Both the position numbers and the translations under genes were made by a program. DNA of 62,377 nt, counting the filler, from Chrysochromulina tobinii (taxonomy: Eukaryota): the NCBI GenBank assembly GCA_001275005.1. It is 7 parts of 7 records of this genome, joined end to end, with 100 filler letters (N's around TTAATTAATTAA, not from the genome) between each part and the next. Parts side by side here need not be neighbours in the genome. Positions count along the whole stretch, not along the records: positions 39,609 to 55,989 come from JWZX01001107.1; 6 more parts are not named here. The stretch is one strand, 5' to 3'. This document shows positions 45,952-56,089 of this stretch, one piece after another. The notes under the pieces are model-generated. The model saw only the letters and a program-made list of their open reading frames with translations. It did no database searches and had not been told where the DNA came from. The first letter of the stretch is position 1. Every line of letters starts with the position of its first letter.

Positions 45952-48900
45952 ATGCAGGCAGAGCTGCTCGCGAGCAGCACGCCCGCGTCGGCGGCTCTCG
46001 CGGCGGCGTTGGGAGCGAACCCGGCAGAGCTCAAGCACGATTGGCATCTCGTGGGGCCGGAGCTGACGCGCGTGGAGTTTGCATACCTCGTCTCGCGCCA
46101 TCTGGGTCAGCACGCGGAGCTCTCGCAGCGGTCGCAGAACGAGCTTCTCACCGGCACGGCGGAGCTCTATGAGGAGGCGACGGTCCTGCAAGGCGACAAG
46201 ACGCGCATCTCGTGGACTGCGTTCTCGCAGGCGCTGGTCGCGGCGACGCTCGCCGCCGGTCCGCCGCCGCGCCTCGCCTCGGACGCACGCCTGGTACGCT
46301 CGCGCGTCATCGTCGACGGCAGCAACTTAATCTCGAAAGCCAAGCCCAAGGCCGCCATGTTCAGCAAGAAGCGCCCCGCGGAGGGTGGACTCGTGATCTC
46401 GCCTGATCTCGCGATCCATTTCCTGCCGAAGCCGGTCTCGCGATTCCTCGTGTGTGAGGAGAACGCCGACAGCCCCGACTACCGGCTCTCGCTCTGGACG
46501 ATGAGCGGCGGCGCCGGCGAGCAGACGAGCACCCGCCTACTTAGCTGTCTGAACGTGCTGCAAGAGCGTGGTCCACTACCGTCGAGCGTTGCGCTCGTGC
46601 CGACGCTACGCTACCCGACTCGTGAGACCTCTGTCGGGGCCATCACCACGGGTGATTGCACCGCTGATTGCACCGCTGATTGCACCGCTGATTGCATGCT
46701 GATTGCATGCTGATTGCATGCTGATTGCCATGGATTGTGATTGCTGACCACCAATTACCTCCGTCATCGTCCACTGATGGCCTCCCTCATCAGGCCTGAC
46801 GATTGTCATCGGCTCGTCCACACGCGCCCTCACCCTCGTGGTCCTCTCTGCGCCGCCCGGCGGCGGACGCAACACCAAGTTCTCCGCGGATGAGGTCGTC
46901 CAACTCGGCACACCCGCGCCCATCACGGCGCTCTTGGCCTCCCGGCGTGCCGGTGGTACCCCTTTGTTGTGGGGCGGCGCGGCCGACGGCCACGTGTACA
47001 CATGGGCTCTGAGCAGCTGGCCTTGGCCCCTCATACAAACGTTCCAGGCGCACTCGGCCGGCGTCACCGGTCTCGTGTCGCTCCCTAATTTGGAATGGGT
47101 CTGCTCCTCGTCCTCGGACGGCACGTGCCGCTTGTGGCTCCTTGACTCAGGGCTCACCTCGTCAGGTACGTTGATTGCCACCGATGACCTGCCTTGCATG
47201 CAAGTGCTCACCACAGCGCGGCTCCTTGACTCAGGGCTCACCTCGTCAGCCGCCGATGCGCCCAACACGGCGCTCAAGGGTGACAAGAGCTCACCTTCGA
47301 AGGCCTCCCCCTTTGGGAACAAGGCGTTGCAGGGCGCCTGGCTGGGCGAGAAGGAGAAGGGCGCTCGGCGAATCTCGGCGCTCGCGTATTGTGCGGAGCG
47401 CTCTGATTGCGAGCGCAATCATGTGCTGATGGCCGCCGATTCTGATGGCATCTCTGATGGCATCTCTGATGGCATCTCTGATGGCCTCCCTCATCAGGTG
47501 ACGAGCGCAATCATGTGCTGATGGCCGTTGGCCGCCGAGTCACGGTGTATAACCCCTTGCTGTGCGAGAGGGTGGCGACCCTCGCGGAAGCTACTGATCC
47601 AATCCAGGTGCGCTGATTGCCGCTGATTGCCGCTGATTGCCGATGATTGCCCATGATGACCGCTGATGACCGCTGACGACCGCTGATGACCCTCTGATCC
47701 AATCCAGGGCATCTGTGCCACGATGCCCGGCCTCTTGGTCACCTCTGACACAGGGGGGCATGTACGGGTCTTTGACTCGACTTGCCACGAGCTCCTACAG
47801 ACTCTCCAGCTGGTACCTTCAGGCATGCTCCCTCGCGCCCCGCGCTGCCCTAATAACCCTAATGAGCGCCCTAATGAGCGCCCTAATGACCATTTACCTG
47901 GTACCTTCAGGCATGCTCCCTCGCGCCCCGCGCTGCCCTAATAACCCTAATGAGCGCCCTAATGAGCGCCCTAATGACCATTTACCTGGTACCTTCAGGC
48001 ATGCTCCCTCGCGCCGCGCCACCCTTATTACCCAAATGAGCGCCTTAATGAGCGCCCTGATGACCCTCTACCCGGTACTTTCAGGCATCCTTCCTCGCGG
48101 CGTGTCGCCCACGTTGCATCACACGCTCCTCGTCGACGGCTCGCTGCTCTGTGCGGCCGCGGGTGTGTGCTTGCATCTGAGTGCCTCTGAGTACCTCTGA
48201 TTGCCTCTGATGGTGTCTGAGTGCATCGGATTACCCTCTGATGGGATGACTCTGATGGACTCTGATGGACTCTAATGGACTCTGATGGACTCTGATGGAC
48301 TCTGATGGACTCTCTCTGAGAGGCCTCTGATTGCGGTCTGACCGCCTCCAATTGCCCCTGAGCGATTCCAATTGCCACCTTCATTAGCCTCCAATTGCCC
48401 CTAAGCGATTCCAATTGCCACCTTCATTAGCCTCCAATTGCCCCTAAGCGATTCCAATTGCCACCTTCATTAGGCTCGCTCTCCCTCCTCAAGTTTCGTC
48501 AGCCGTCCCTAGAAGAGCTTCGAGAGCGTGCGCTCGGGACGGCGCTTGGCCTTGCTGATGGCGCCAAGGTCGGCGGCGACGGCGCGGAAGGCGGCGCCGC
48601 CGATGCGGACGCACCGAAGCCACTCGACGCACAGTCGTCGCGCTCGGCTGTAGCTGTAGCCATTTGCAGGCGCATGGGACGGCTTGTCACCATTAGTGGT
48701 CGCGACGTGAACACCTTCGACGCCATCAGCGGCGCCCCCCTCGCGGGCGCGATGGATGTGTGCCCTGCCGCTCTCTCGGTGCGTGCGCTTCCTGATTGCA
48801 TCTCTGATGGCCTCCCTCATCAGGTGCTCGCGCTCGATCGGACGGATTGCATGCTGATGGCCTCCCTCATTGCATGCTGATGGCCTCCCTCCATCAGGTG

Positions 48901-51900
48901 CTCGCGCTCGATCGGACGGATTGCATGCTGATGGCCTCCCTCATTGCATGCTGATGGCCTCCCTCATCAGGTGCTCGCGCTCGATCGGACGGAGCGGACG
49001 GCGTTCGTCGGTTCGCTTGGCGGCGAGATCGTGCAGCTCATCTTGTCAGAGTCGTCCGTGCAGGTGCTGCGCAAGCTTGGGCTCTGTCACAGCACCGAGC
49101 TCGTCGCTATGAGCATGCTCACGAGCTGGGGTACGGGGCCATCCTCACAATTGACGAACTCCTCACAATGGACGGAACTCGAAAGGATCCGGATCTCTGA
49201 GTGCATGCTGATTGCCTCCCTCATCAGGTACGGGGGCCATCCTCACCTCTGACGGAACTCGAAAGGATCCGGATCTCTGAGTGCATGCTGATTGCCTCCC
49301 TCATCAGGTACGGGGGCCATCCTCACCTCTGACGGAACTCGAAAGGATCCGGACCTCCATCGCCATGGCACGCTCGTGCTCTCGCTCTCCTCGGATGGCA
49401 ATCTCAACGTCATCTCCGCGCACGAAGGCAAGAACCTCGCGACCCTGCGGCACCGCGCCATTGGGGAGAGCGTCTGTGTGGCCTCATGCTCCATCTCATC
49501 GCTGATCGCCGTCGCCGGCGTCACCGAGGGCGAGGGCGTGCTGGCGGTGCATCGCATGTTTGACTCCTCGACGGTGCGTCTCCAGTGATTGCATGCTGAT
49601 GGCCTCCCTCATCATCGCATGTTTGACTCCTCGACGGTGAGTGCATGCTGAGTGCATGCTGATTGGATCCCTCATCGGGTGACGTACCCTGAGTGCCTCC
49701 CTGAGTGCATGCTGATTGCATCCCTCATTAGGTGCTGGACGCTCCCGCTGAGTGCCTCCCTGAGTGCATGCTGAGTGCCTCCCTCATCAGGTACGCATCC
49801 ACTGCCCCGCGACCAAGATCAAGATGGCGGAGGTGACCGCGCTCGCTTTCCTCTCCAGTCCGCCCGCGACGGCGCCCGCGACGGCGCCCGCGATGGGAAC
49901 GTCCCCCATCGCCACCAAGCCGCCGCCCAGCACGGCGCCTGACGAACCGCAGGGCTCGTCCAGCGGCGCGAACTTGCACCTGAGTGAGCAGTACAGCCTG
50001 GCGTCACGTCGACGACTCCTACTCGTCGCTGACGCGACCTCGACGCTTATCCTCTTCGACGTGTCCGCATCGGGACGGCCGCCGCACCCGTTGCAGCGCT
50101 TCACGCACCCGCGCCCGCGTGCCACGTGGCTCTCGTCCAGGTGCGCTGATTGCCGCTGATCGCCCCGCTGATGACCCTCTGCCACGTGGCTCTCGTCCAG
50201 GTGCGCTGATTGCCGCTGATTGCCGCTGATTGCTCCTGATGACCGCTGATGACCCTCTGCCACGTGGCTCTCGTCCAGTCGAGCCGCGAGCTTGAGTCGT
50301 CAGCACGATGCGCAGAAGGTCAAGGCGCTGAGGGGCACTGTGGAGCGTTCGGTGCGCGAGCTGTCGAGAGATTTGAGGACCTCTGATGACCTCTTGATTG
50401 CCTCCTTCATCAGGTGCGCGAGCTGTCGAGAGATCTGATGGCACCGCTGATGGCGCCGCTCATTGCGCCGCTGATGGCGCCGCTCATTCCCTCCATCCTC
50501 AGGTGCGTGACAATGAGCTCACAGCGTACGCTTCGCTCCATAACATTGAACGCGAACACAAGCTCCGCACCGAACTGGACGCTCGGGGCGCTCACCGCGG
50601 CGCTACTCGGGCAGCAGCAGCAGCAGCTGCTGCTGCTGCCCGAGACGGCGCGTCCCCTGGACCGCCCACCGCCCGAGACGGCGCGTCCCCTGGACCGCCC
50701 ACCGCCCGAGACGGCGCGTCCCCTGGACCGCCCACCGCCTACCGTTCACGTTCACGCTCTCTCGATTCGGCACCGCTCACACCTCTCATGGCGTCAGCCT
50801 CCACCCCCGCGCTCCTGATGCCCAACTCGGCGCTCAAGACGCCCAACTCGGCGCTCGGTACGCCCAACTCGGCGCTCACGCGCGCCACCACGTCGTCGGC
50901 CGAGGGCCTCTTGACACCGCACAATCCTAATATGGCCATTGGAACCCCGACGCCCTTTGCCAAATTAGGCAACGCCCCGATGCCTCATTTGGCCGCGGGC
51001 GCGTCGCTGCGCCCACCGCCGCTCATGGTGGTGGAGGAGGAGGCCAAGGCCTACGCAGGCGGCGCCGGCGCGCCGGTGGTGCCCACGACGGCGCTCCGAG
51101 GCGCATTCCGATCGACCGAGCCACACTCGATCGCACGGCCGCCGCAGTCCGTGCGTCTCGAGCCGACGTTGCCTAATTTGGCAGACGCAGTCTCTTTTGA
51201 CGTGGCGAGCCGCCGGGCCTTTCCGATGGGCGCCGGGGCGAGCGGTCTGCACCCTCTCCAGGTGCCCCAGACGCCGGTAGGCTTACCGGTAGGCATCGGT
51301 GCAGGCAGCAGCTGCACCCCCCACACCCCACACACACCCCACACCCCCCACACCCCCTACAACCCCCACACCCCCAGCAGCGTCGGGCTCGGCCGTCACG
51401 GTCTCCCAACGTGCGTGCAGCCGCTGCCGACGAGCGGCGGCGCTCACGGCGGCGCCCTCCTCGCTCTGCCCACGTGTGGGAAGCCGGTCTGTTCACAGCC
51501 CAACTTCACAGCCTTGCCGGCCGGCTTGCCCTCTGTGCTCCCGTCCTCGCTGCCCACCGCGCACCATGCGAACGCCATGCCCTTATTTGGGCACTCAGAG
51601 CTCGGCGCGGGAGATCGGAGCTCGGGAGATCCGAGCTCGGGAGATCCGAGCTCGCTCGCCTTTCCGACGGAGAGTCAGTGCGTCACCGCGATCGCCGTCG
51701 AGCCCGCCTCGTCCATTTCGTCAGTTTCGTCAGTTTCGTCAGTTTCGTCCACCGGGCTGCCGGCGCCGCTGCGCTTCGTCACCACCGACGACGCGGGCGG
51801 CATGTGCGCCTGGCGCCTCTCGTGCGTCGCGGGCAAAGCGGGCGGCGCCGGCGTCCCCCCAACGGCTCCCACGTACAAGGTTCGTTGATTGCCACTGATG

Positions 51901-53003
51901 ACCTGCCTGGCATGCAAGTGCTCACCACGGCGCTCTCGCTCTCGTGTACAAGGTGGAGCTGCTCAAGCGTTGGCGTGGCACAGCGGAGGAGGATAAGGTC
52001 TTGGGCATCGGGGGCAACAACGGCATCACAGGCGTCGTCGTGATCGCTGCGCGGCGCGGCGCCAGAGGAGGGGCACCCTTATTAGGAGCACCCTTAGTAG
52101 GGGCACCCTTATTAGGAGCACCCTTAGTAGAGGATGCCGACGAGGTGGCTCTGGGCACGTCCGTGCCGCTCGTCGTCGTCGCGGCATGCGCGAACGGCAC
52201 TCTGAGCGCGTTCGGCGTGAACTCGGGGCAGCGATTGGGCCTGATGACGACCAGCGGCCTCACCAAAAGCACGGGCCTCTCCAGGCCGAACACACCCGAC
52301 AGTGCGCCCTCCGGCATGCATGTGCTCACCACGGCGCCCCGCTCACTTCCCCACAGGTACGGGCCTCTCCAGGCCGAACACACCTGCGTCAGTGACCAGC
52401 ACGGCGCTCCTCGCCGGCGCGCCGGGTACGTGGCACGACTATCATTGGCAACTGCCGCTGCATGCCCGGGAGGACGCGACGCTCGCGGAGACTGTGAACG
52501 ATCTCGCCGACGAGCTGCGCACGCATGTGCCCAGCTCGGCGCTCCCCCTCTTCCCGCGTGCGACGGTCGCCGGGGTGGGCGGCGCGGACGAGGAAGAGGA
52601 CTTGCCTAATAAGGAAGAGGACTCGCCTAAGAAGGGCAAGCTCATGGAGAAGGCGCTCGCGACGCTCGCGCAGGTGACGGCGGAGGCAGAGGCCGCCAGG
52701 GATACGACTCACCTCGAACTGGCCGCCGATCTGAGCGATGGGAACCCCACAGTGCGACGACGTGCGGCACAGGAGCTGCGAAAGCACCAGCTGCTCTTTT
52801 CGTACCTGGACAAGTCGGTGCCGCCGCGACAGCGCGCCGAGGCCGAGAAGAGCAGAGCCGGCGCGCGCAGGCCGAGTCACGAGGAGGGGTCGGATGCGGG
52901 GGCTCCCAGATGTCGCAGCCCCGAAGCCCTTGCATTCGCGAGCAGAATCAAGGAGGCGCGCGAGGCGATGCTTAGCGCCTCTCCGAAAGGGGCAAACACT
53001 TGA
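45952..53003 (+). CDS. Large WD40/beta-propeller-like protein with 13 predicted introns (46652-46793, 47166-47249, 47391-47497, 47608-47707, 47823-48084, 48163-48473, 48779-48970, 49131-49307, 49574-49790, 50141-50278, 50352-50502, 51880-51952, 52269-52356)
   Basis: WD-like segments (QTFQAHSAGVTGL...SSSSDGTCRLW; VTSDTGGHVRVFD). The listed introns join the ORF fragments into one frame. Two need GC donors and the last donor is ambiguous. Confidence 0.7.
47166..47249 (+). mobile_element. Module-A intron, donor-supplying type, perfect 30-nt duplication
   Basis: GTACGTTGATTGCCACCGATGACCTGCCTTGCATGCAAGTGCTCACCACAGCGC followed by a copy of 47136-47165. Confidence 0.85.
47391..47497 (+). mobile_element. 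Module-B intron containing a 26-nt copy of the downstream exon
   Basis: CGAGCGCAATCATGTGCTGATGGCCG is duplicated; ends CTGATGGCCTCCCTCATCAG. Confidence 0.8.
47608..47707 (+). mobile_element. Module-B intron, donor-supplying type
   Basis: GTGCGCTGATTGCC repeats followed by a 14-nt copy CTGATCCAATCCAG of the upstream exon. Confidence 0.8.
48779..48970 (+). mobile_element. Triple-stacked module-B intron with internal AG|GT junctions at 48823/4 and 48897/8
   Basis: Each CATCAG is followed by GTGCTCGCGCTCGATCGGACGG, the head of the downstream exon. Confidence 0.8.
49131..49307 (+). mobile_element. Double-stacked module-B intron with a 46-nt exon-head duplication
   Basis: 49228-49273 is identical to 49308-49353; internal AG|GT at 49227/8. 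Confidence 0.82.
50141..50278 (+). mobile_element. Double-stacked donor-supplying module-B intron
   Basis: The 21-mer TGCCACGTGGCTCTCGTCCAG occurs three times; internal AG|GT at 50200/1. Confidence 0.8.
51880..51952 (+). mobile_element. Module-A intron, donor-supplying type, short duplication
   Basis: GTTCGTTGATTGCCACTGATGACCTGCCTGGCATGCAAGTGCTCACCACGGCGCTCTC, ending with a GTACAAG copy of the upstream exon. Confidence 0.8.
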
Positions 53004-53163
53004 ACTTGAACTTGAACTTGAAAAAGTCAGATTTAGATCTCCGAAAGTTGCAGTGGGTGCACCAGAACGGCGCTCGACCCGCTGCGCTGTACATCGTGAT
53101 TTTTGGGGGCGCTTGGACCGGAGGCGCGTGTGAGGCGTGACACTGTCGTCCGCACTGCGTCCC

Positions 53164-55408
53164 ATGCCCACCAAGACCGAGCGCATCCAGCGCGCATTCG
53201 AGATCTTCGATACCGACGGCAACGGCAGCTTGTCGATCGCTGAGCTCAAGGCGGTGTTGACAAGGCCCGGAGGTGGCCATGCATTGACGGACAAGGAGGT
53301 GGCGGCGATCATCGCCGAGTTCGATGCCAATGGCGACGGCGAGCTGCAGATCGATGAGTTTGCGCTCATGTGGGGGCCTCTAGTCGAGCAGCAGCTGCAG
53401 GAGGAGGAGGACGACGACGACGAGGAGGAGGAGGACGACGACGAGGACACGCCATTGGCGACGCCATCGACGAGCTTCATCCGTCGGTTGGTCAAGGGCG
53501 CCACCAAGGACAAGGGAAAGGGGAAGGCGAAGAGCAAGAGATCGTCCAGGGCGAAGAGCAAGCTTACGGCCAAGCCGTCGAAGGCGAAAAGCGCCAGAGC
53601 GGCCTCGCTCGCCGACCCTTCCGTCGATGAGAAAGCGGCGTCGAAGGGGTCTCTGCAGTCGTCGGCGGAGCTCGAGGCGCTCGTGGAGGAGGAGACGCGC
53701 GCGCTGGGCGAACTCGAGGCGCGGCTCGCGGCGGGCGGGCTCGACACTTTTGAACGCCGGCTGGGCGCGGCGCTGCTGGAGGAGGCTACTGTGAAGCAGG
53801 CGCTCGCGGGCAAGAGGAGCGCGCTGTTGGAACTGGTGCGCGCCTGATGTGCATGCTGATTGCGTCCCTCATTAGCGCTGTTGGAACTGGTGCGCCTGAT
53901 GGCATCTCGGAGTGCATGATGATTGCGTCCCTCATTAGGTTGAGGAGTGCGCCTGATGGAATCTCGGATCGTCTACGTCTGAATGTGTCGAGTGCATCTC
54001 GGACTGCATCTCTCATTGCACCTGTGATTGGCTCCATCATCAGGTTCGCTCGTGGGATCGTAACGGCGACGGCATGATCAACAAGGTGGAGCTGCGCCAG
54101 GTGGTGCGTAATAAACTCAAGGTGCACGCGACCAACGACGAGATCGACGACCTCTTCGACATCTTCGATGCCGACCACTCGAGTGCGCTCTGATGACCGT
54201 TGATGCGCTCTGATGACCGTTGATGACTTCTGAGGACCGTTGATGACCTCTGATGACCTGATGACCACTCGAGTGCGCTCCTGCTGCAAACGGCCGACCA
54301 CTGATGACCTCGGATGACCGTTGATTGCGTGCCTCATCAGATGCACTCGACCTCGACGAGCTCGGGCTCTGCCTACGCGCGCTGCAGGAGGCGGCCTCCG
54401 CCGCGCGCGCGGAGCTCGCCGAGATCTCGAGCCTGATTGACGAAGCACGCGCTCGGCTCGGGCAGCTGAGGGACGCGGTAGCGCTCATGAAACGGTTGGA
54501 GCAGGAGCAGGTGCGTGATCTGGAGGCGGAGATGCTGACAGTTGATTGATTGCCATGGATGGGCCCTGATGACACTGGATTGCAATTGAGCGCCGCAGGC
54601 TCGCTAATTGCCACCGATTGCCTCCCTAATTGCCACCGATTGCCTCCCTAATTGCCACCGATTGCCTCCCTAATTGCCACCGACTGCCTCCCTAATTGCC
54701 ACCGATTGCCTCCCTAATTGAGCGCCGCAGGCTCGCCATCTGGACAAGGGGCGGCCCTCCTCCAACGTGCCCTTGCGGATTCGCGCCGGGCGCCACTTGA
54801 CGAAGCTCAACCTCAAGATCCCGTTCGTGGTCAAGGGCTTTCCAAATCAGGCGCCCGAGGGCTTCGCTGGTCGCGAGGCGTTCGCGGCGGGCATCCGAGC
54901 GCTCCGAATGGCGGGCGGCGCGCTCGAGGACGCCGAGCTGGACAAGTGGTTTGATGCGGCGCTCCTTGAATGCATCGACGCGGGCGTCTCGATCCCGAAC
55001 GGCGGAGTGAAGCTGCAGCTCGTGCTGAGCGATGCGGTGGCTGAGGCGGCCAAGTTTGCGCAGGAGGCCGAGGAGAAGGCGGACGCAACCGAGCTTGTCA
55101 AGCTCAGGCGCACGGCACGCGATCAGCAGCAGGCGATCCGTGCGGCGCGCGCGGAGCAGCAGGCTCGCCGTGCCGAGCGCGAGGCGGCGATGCGTGCGGC
55201 GGCCGAGGCGAAGCAGAAGGCGGAGGAGGAAGCGCGCCAAGCCAAGATCCGCTCGTTCAAGCGACGCAAGAGCGTCAAGGAAGGGCATGACGCGAGCTTC
55301 GCTGCGCGTGTGGCCAGCAGGCGCGAGGTGCGCGGAGATCTCGCCGACCCCTTTTCGAGAACACCGTTCCTCGACGCGCTCAAGGCGGCTTCGAAGCCGC
55401 TCTGGTGA
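53164..55408 (+). CDS. Multi-EF-hand protein with coiled-coil C-terminus; introns 53836-54043, 54183-54340, 54511-54730
   Basis: Loops DTDGNGSLSIAE, DANGDGELQIDE, DRNGDGMINKVE and DADHSNALDLDE (the last spans a junction). Intron removal joins the ORFs in frame. Confidence 0.8.
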
Positions 55409-55989
55409 GCGCTCACCACGACGCGCTCACCACGACGCGCTCAAGGCGGCTTCGAAGCCGCTCTGGTGAGCGCCGTGGTGAGCGCGCGTGCCGGCTTCGA
55501 GGCCACTCTGGTGAGCGCCGTGGTGAGCGCGCATGCGCCGCCGCCCTACCAAGAGCCTACCACATTTCACACCACATCAGTCATCGCCAGACGCCACAGA
55601 TGAGGCATCTTGACCACGTTGCAGGCACGCCGATGTAAGGGTGGCAAAGGTGTACACTAGGATTACGCGCCACGAAGGGCAGCGCGGGGCGATGTCGTTG
55701 CTCGTTCCCTGCGCTGTGCGGGGCACTGTTCGGTTATAGGCAGTGGGGCAGTGCTAAGCGGTAGTGCATGAAGAGTGCTAGTGCGTCATGGGCCGAGAGG
55801 CACGTCTGCCATGACTCCCGTCGCCCCGGTAAGGTGTCCTCCCTGTGAAACCGTGCGGGAAACGTCTGGGATCGGCGGGTCGTGCCTTAAGCCGGGAGGG
55901 GGTGCCTTAAGCCGCGCCGGTACTTAAGTCGGGTCACCGCGACTTAAGATGAAATCTCCCTTAAGTCACGCGTGCTCCGACTTAAGTCG

Positions 55990-56089
55990 NNNNNNNNNNN
56001 NNNNNNNNNNNNNNNNNNNNNNNNNNNNNNNNNTTAATTAATTAANNNNNNNNNNNNNNNNNNNNNNNNNNNNNNNNNNNNNNNNNNNN
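55990..56089. other. Artificial contig spacer
   Basis: N44-TTAATTAATTAA-N44. Confidence 0.98.

Noticed and set aside
19214..56089. Six identical TTAATTAATTAA motifs within N runs
   Set aside because: Assembly linkers with stops in all frames. Adjacency across them is not biological, so no cross-contig gene cluster is claimed.
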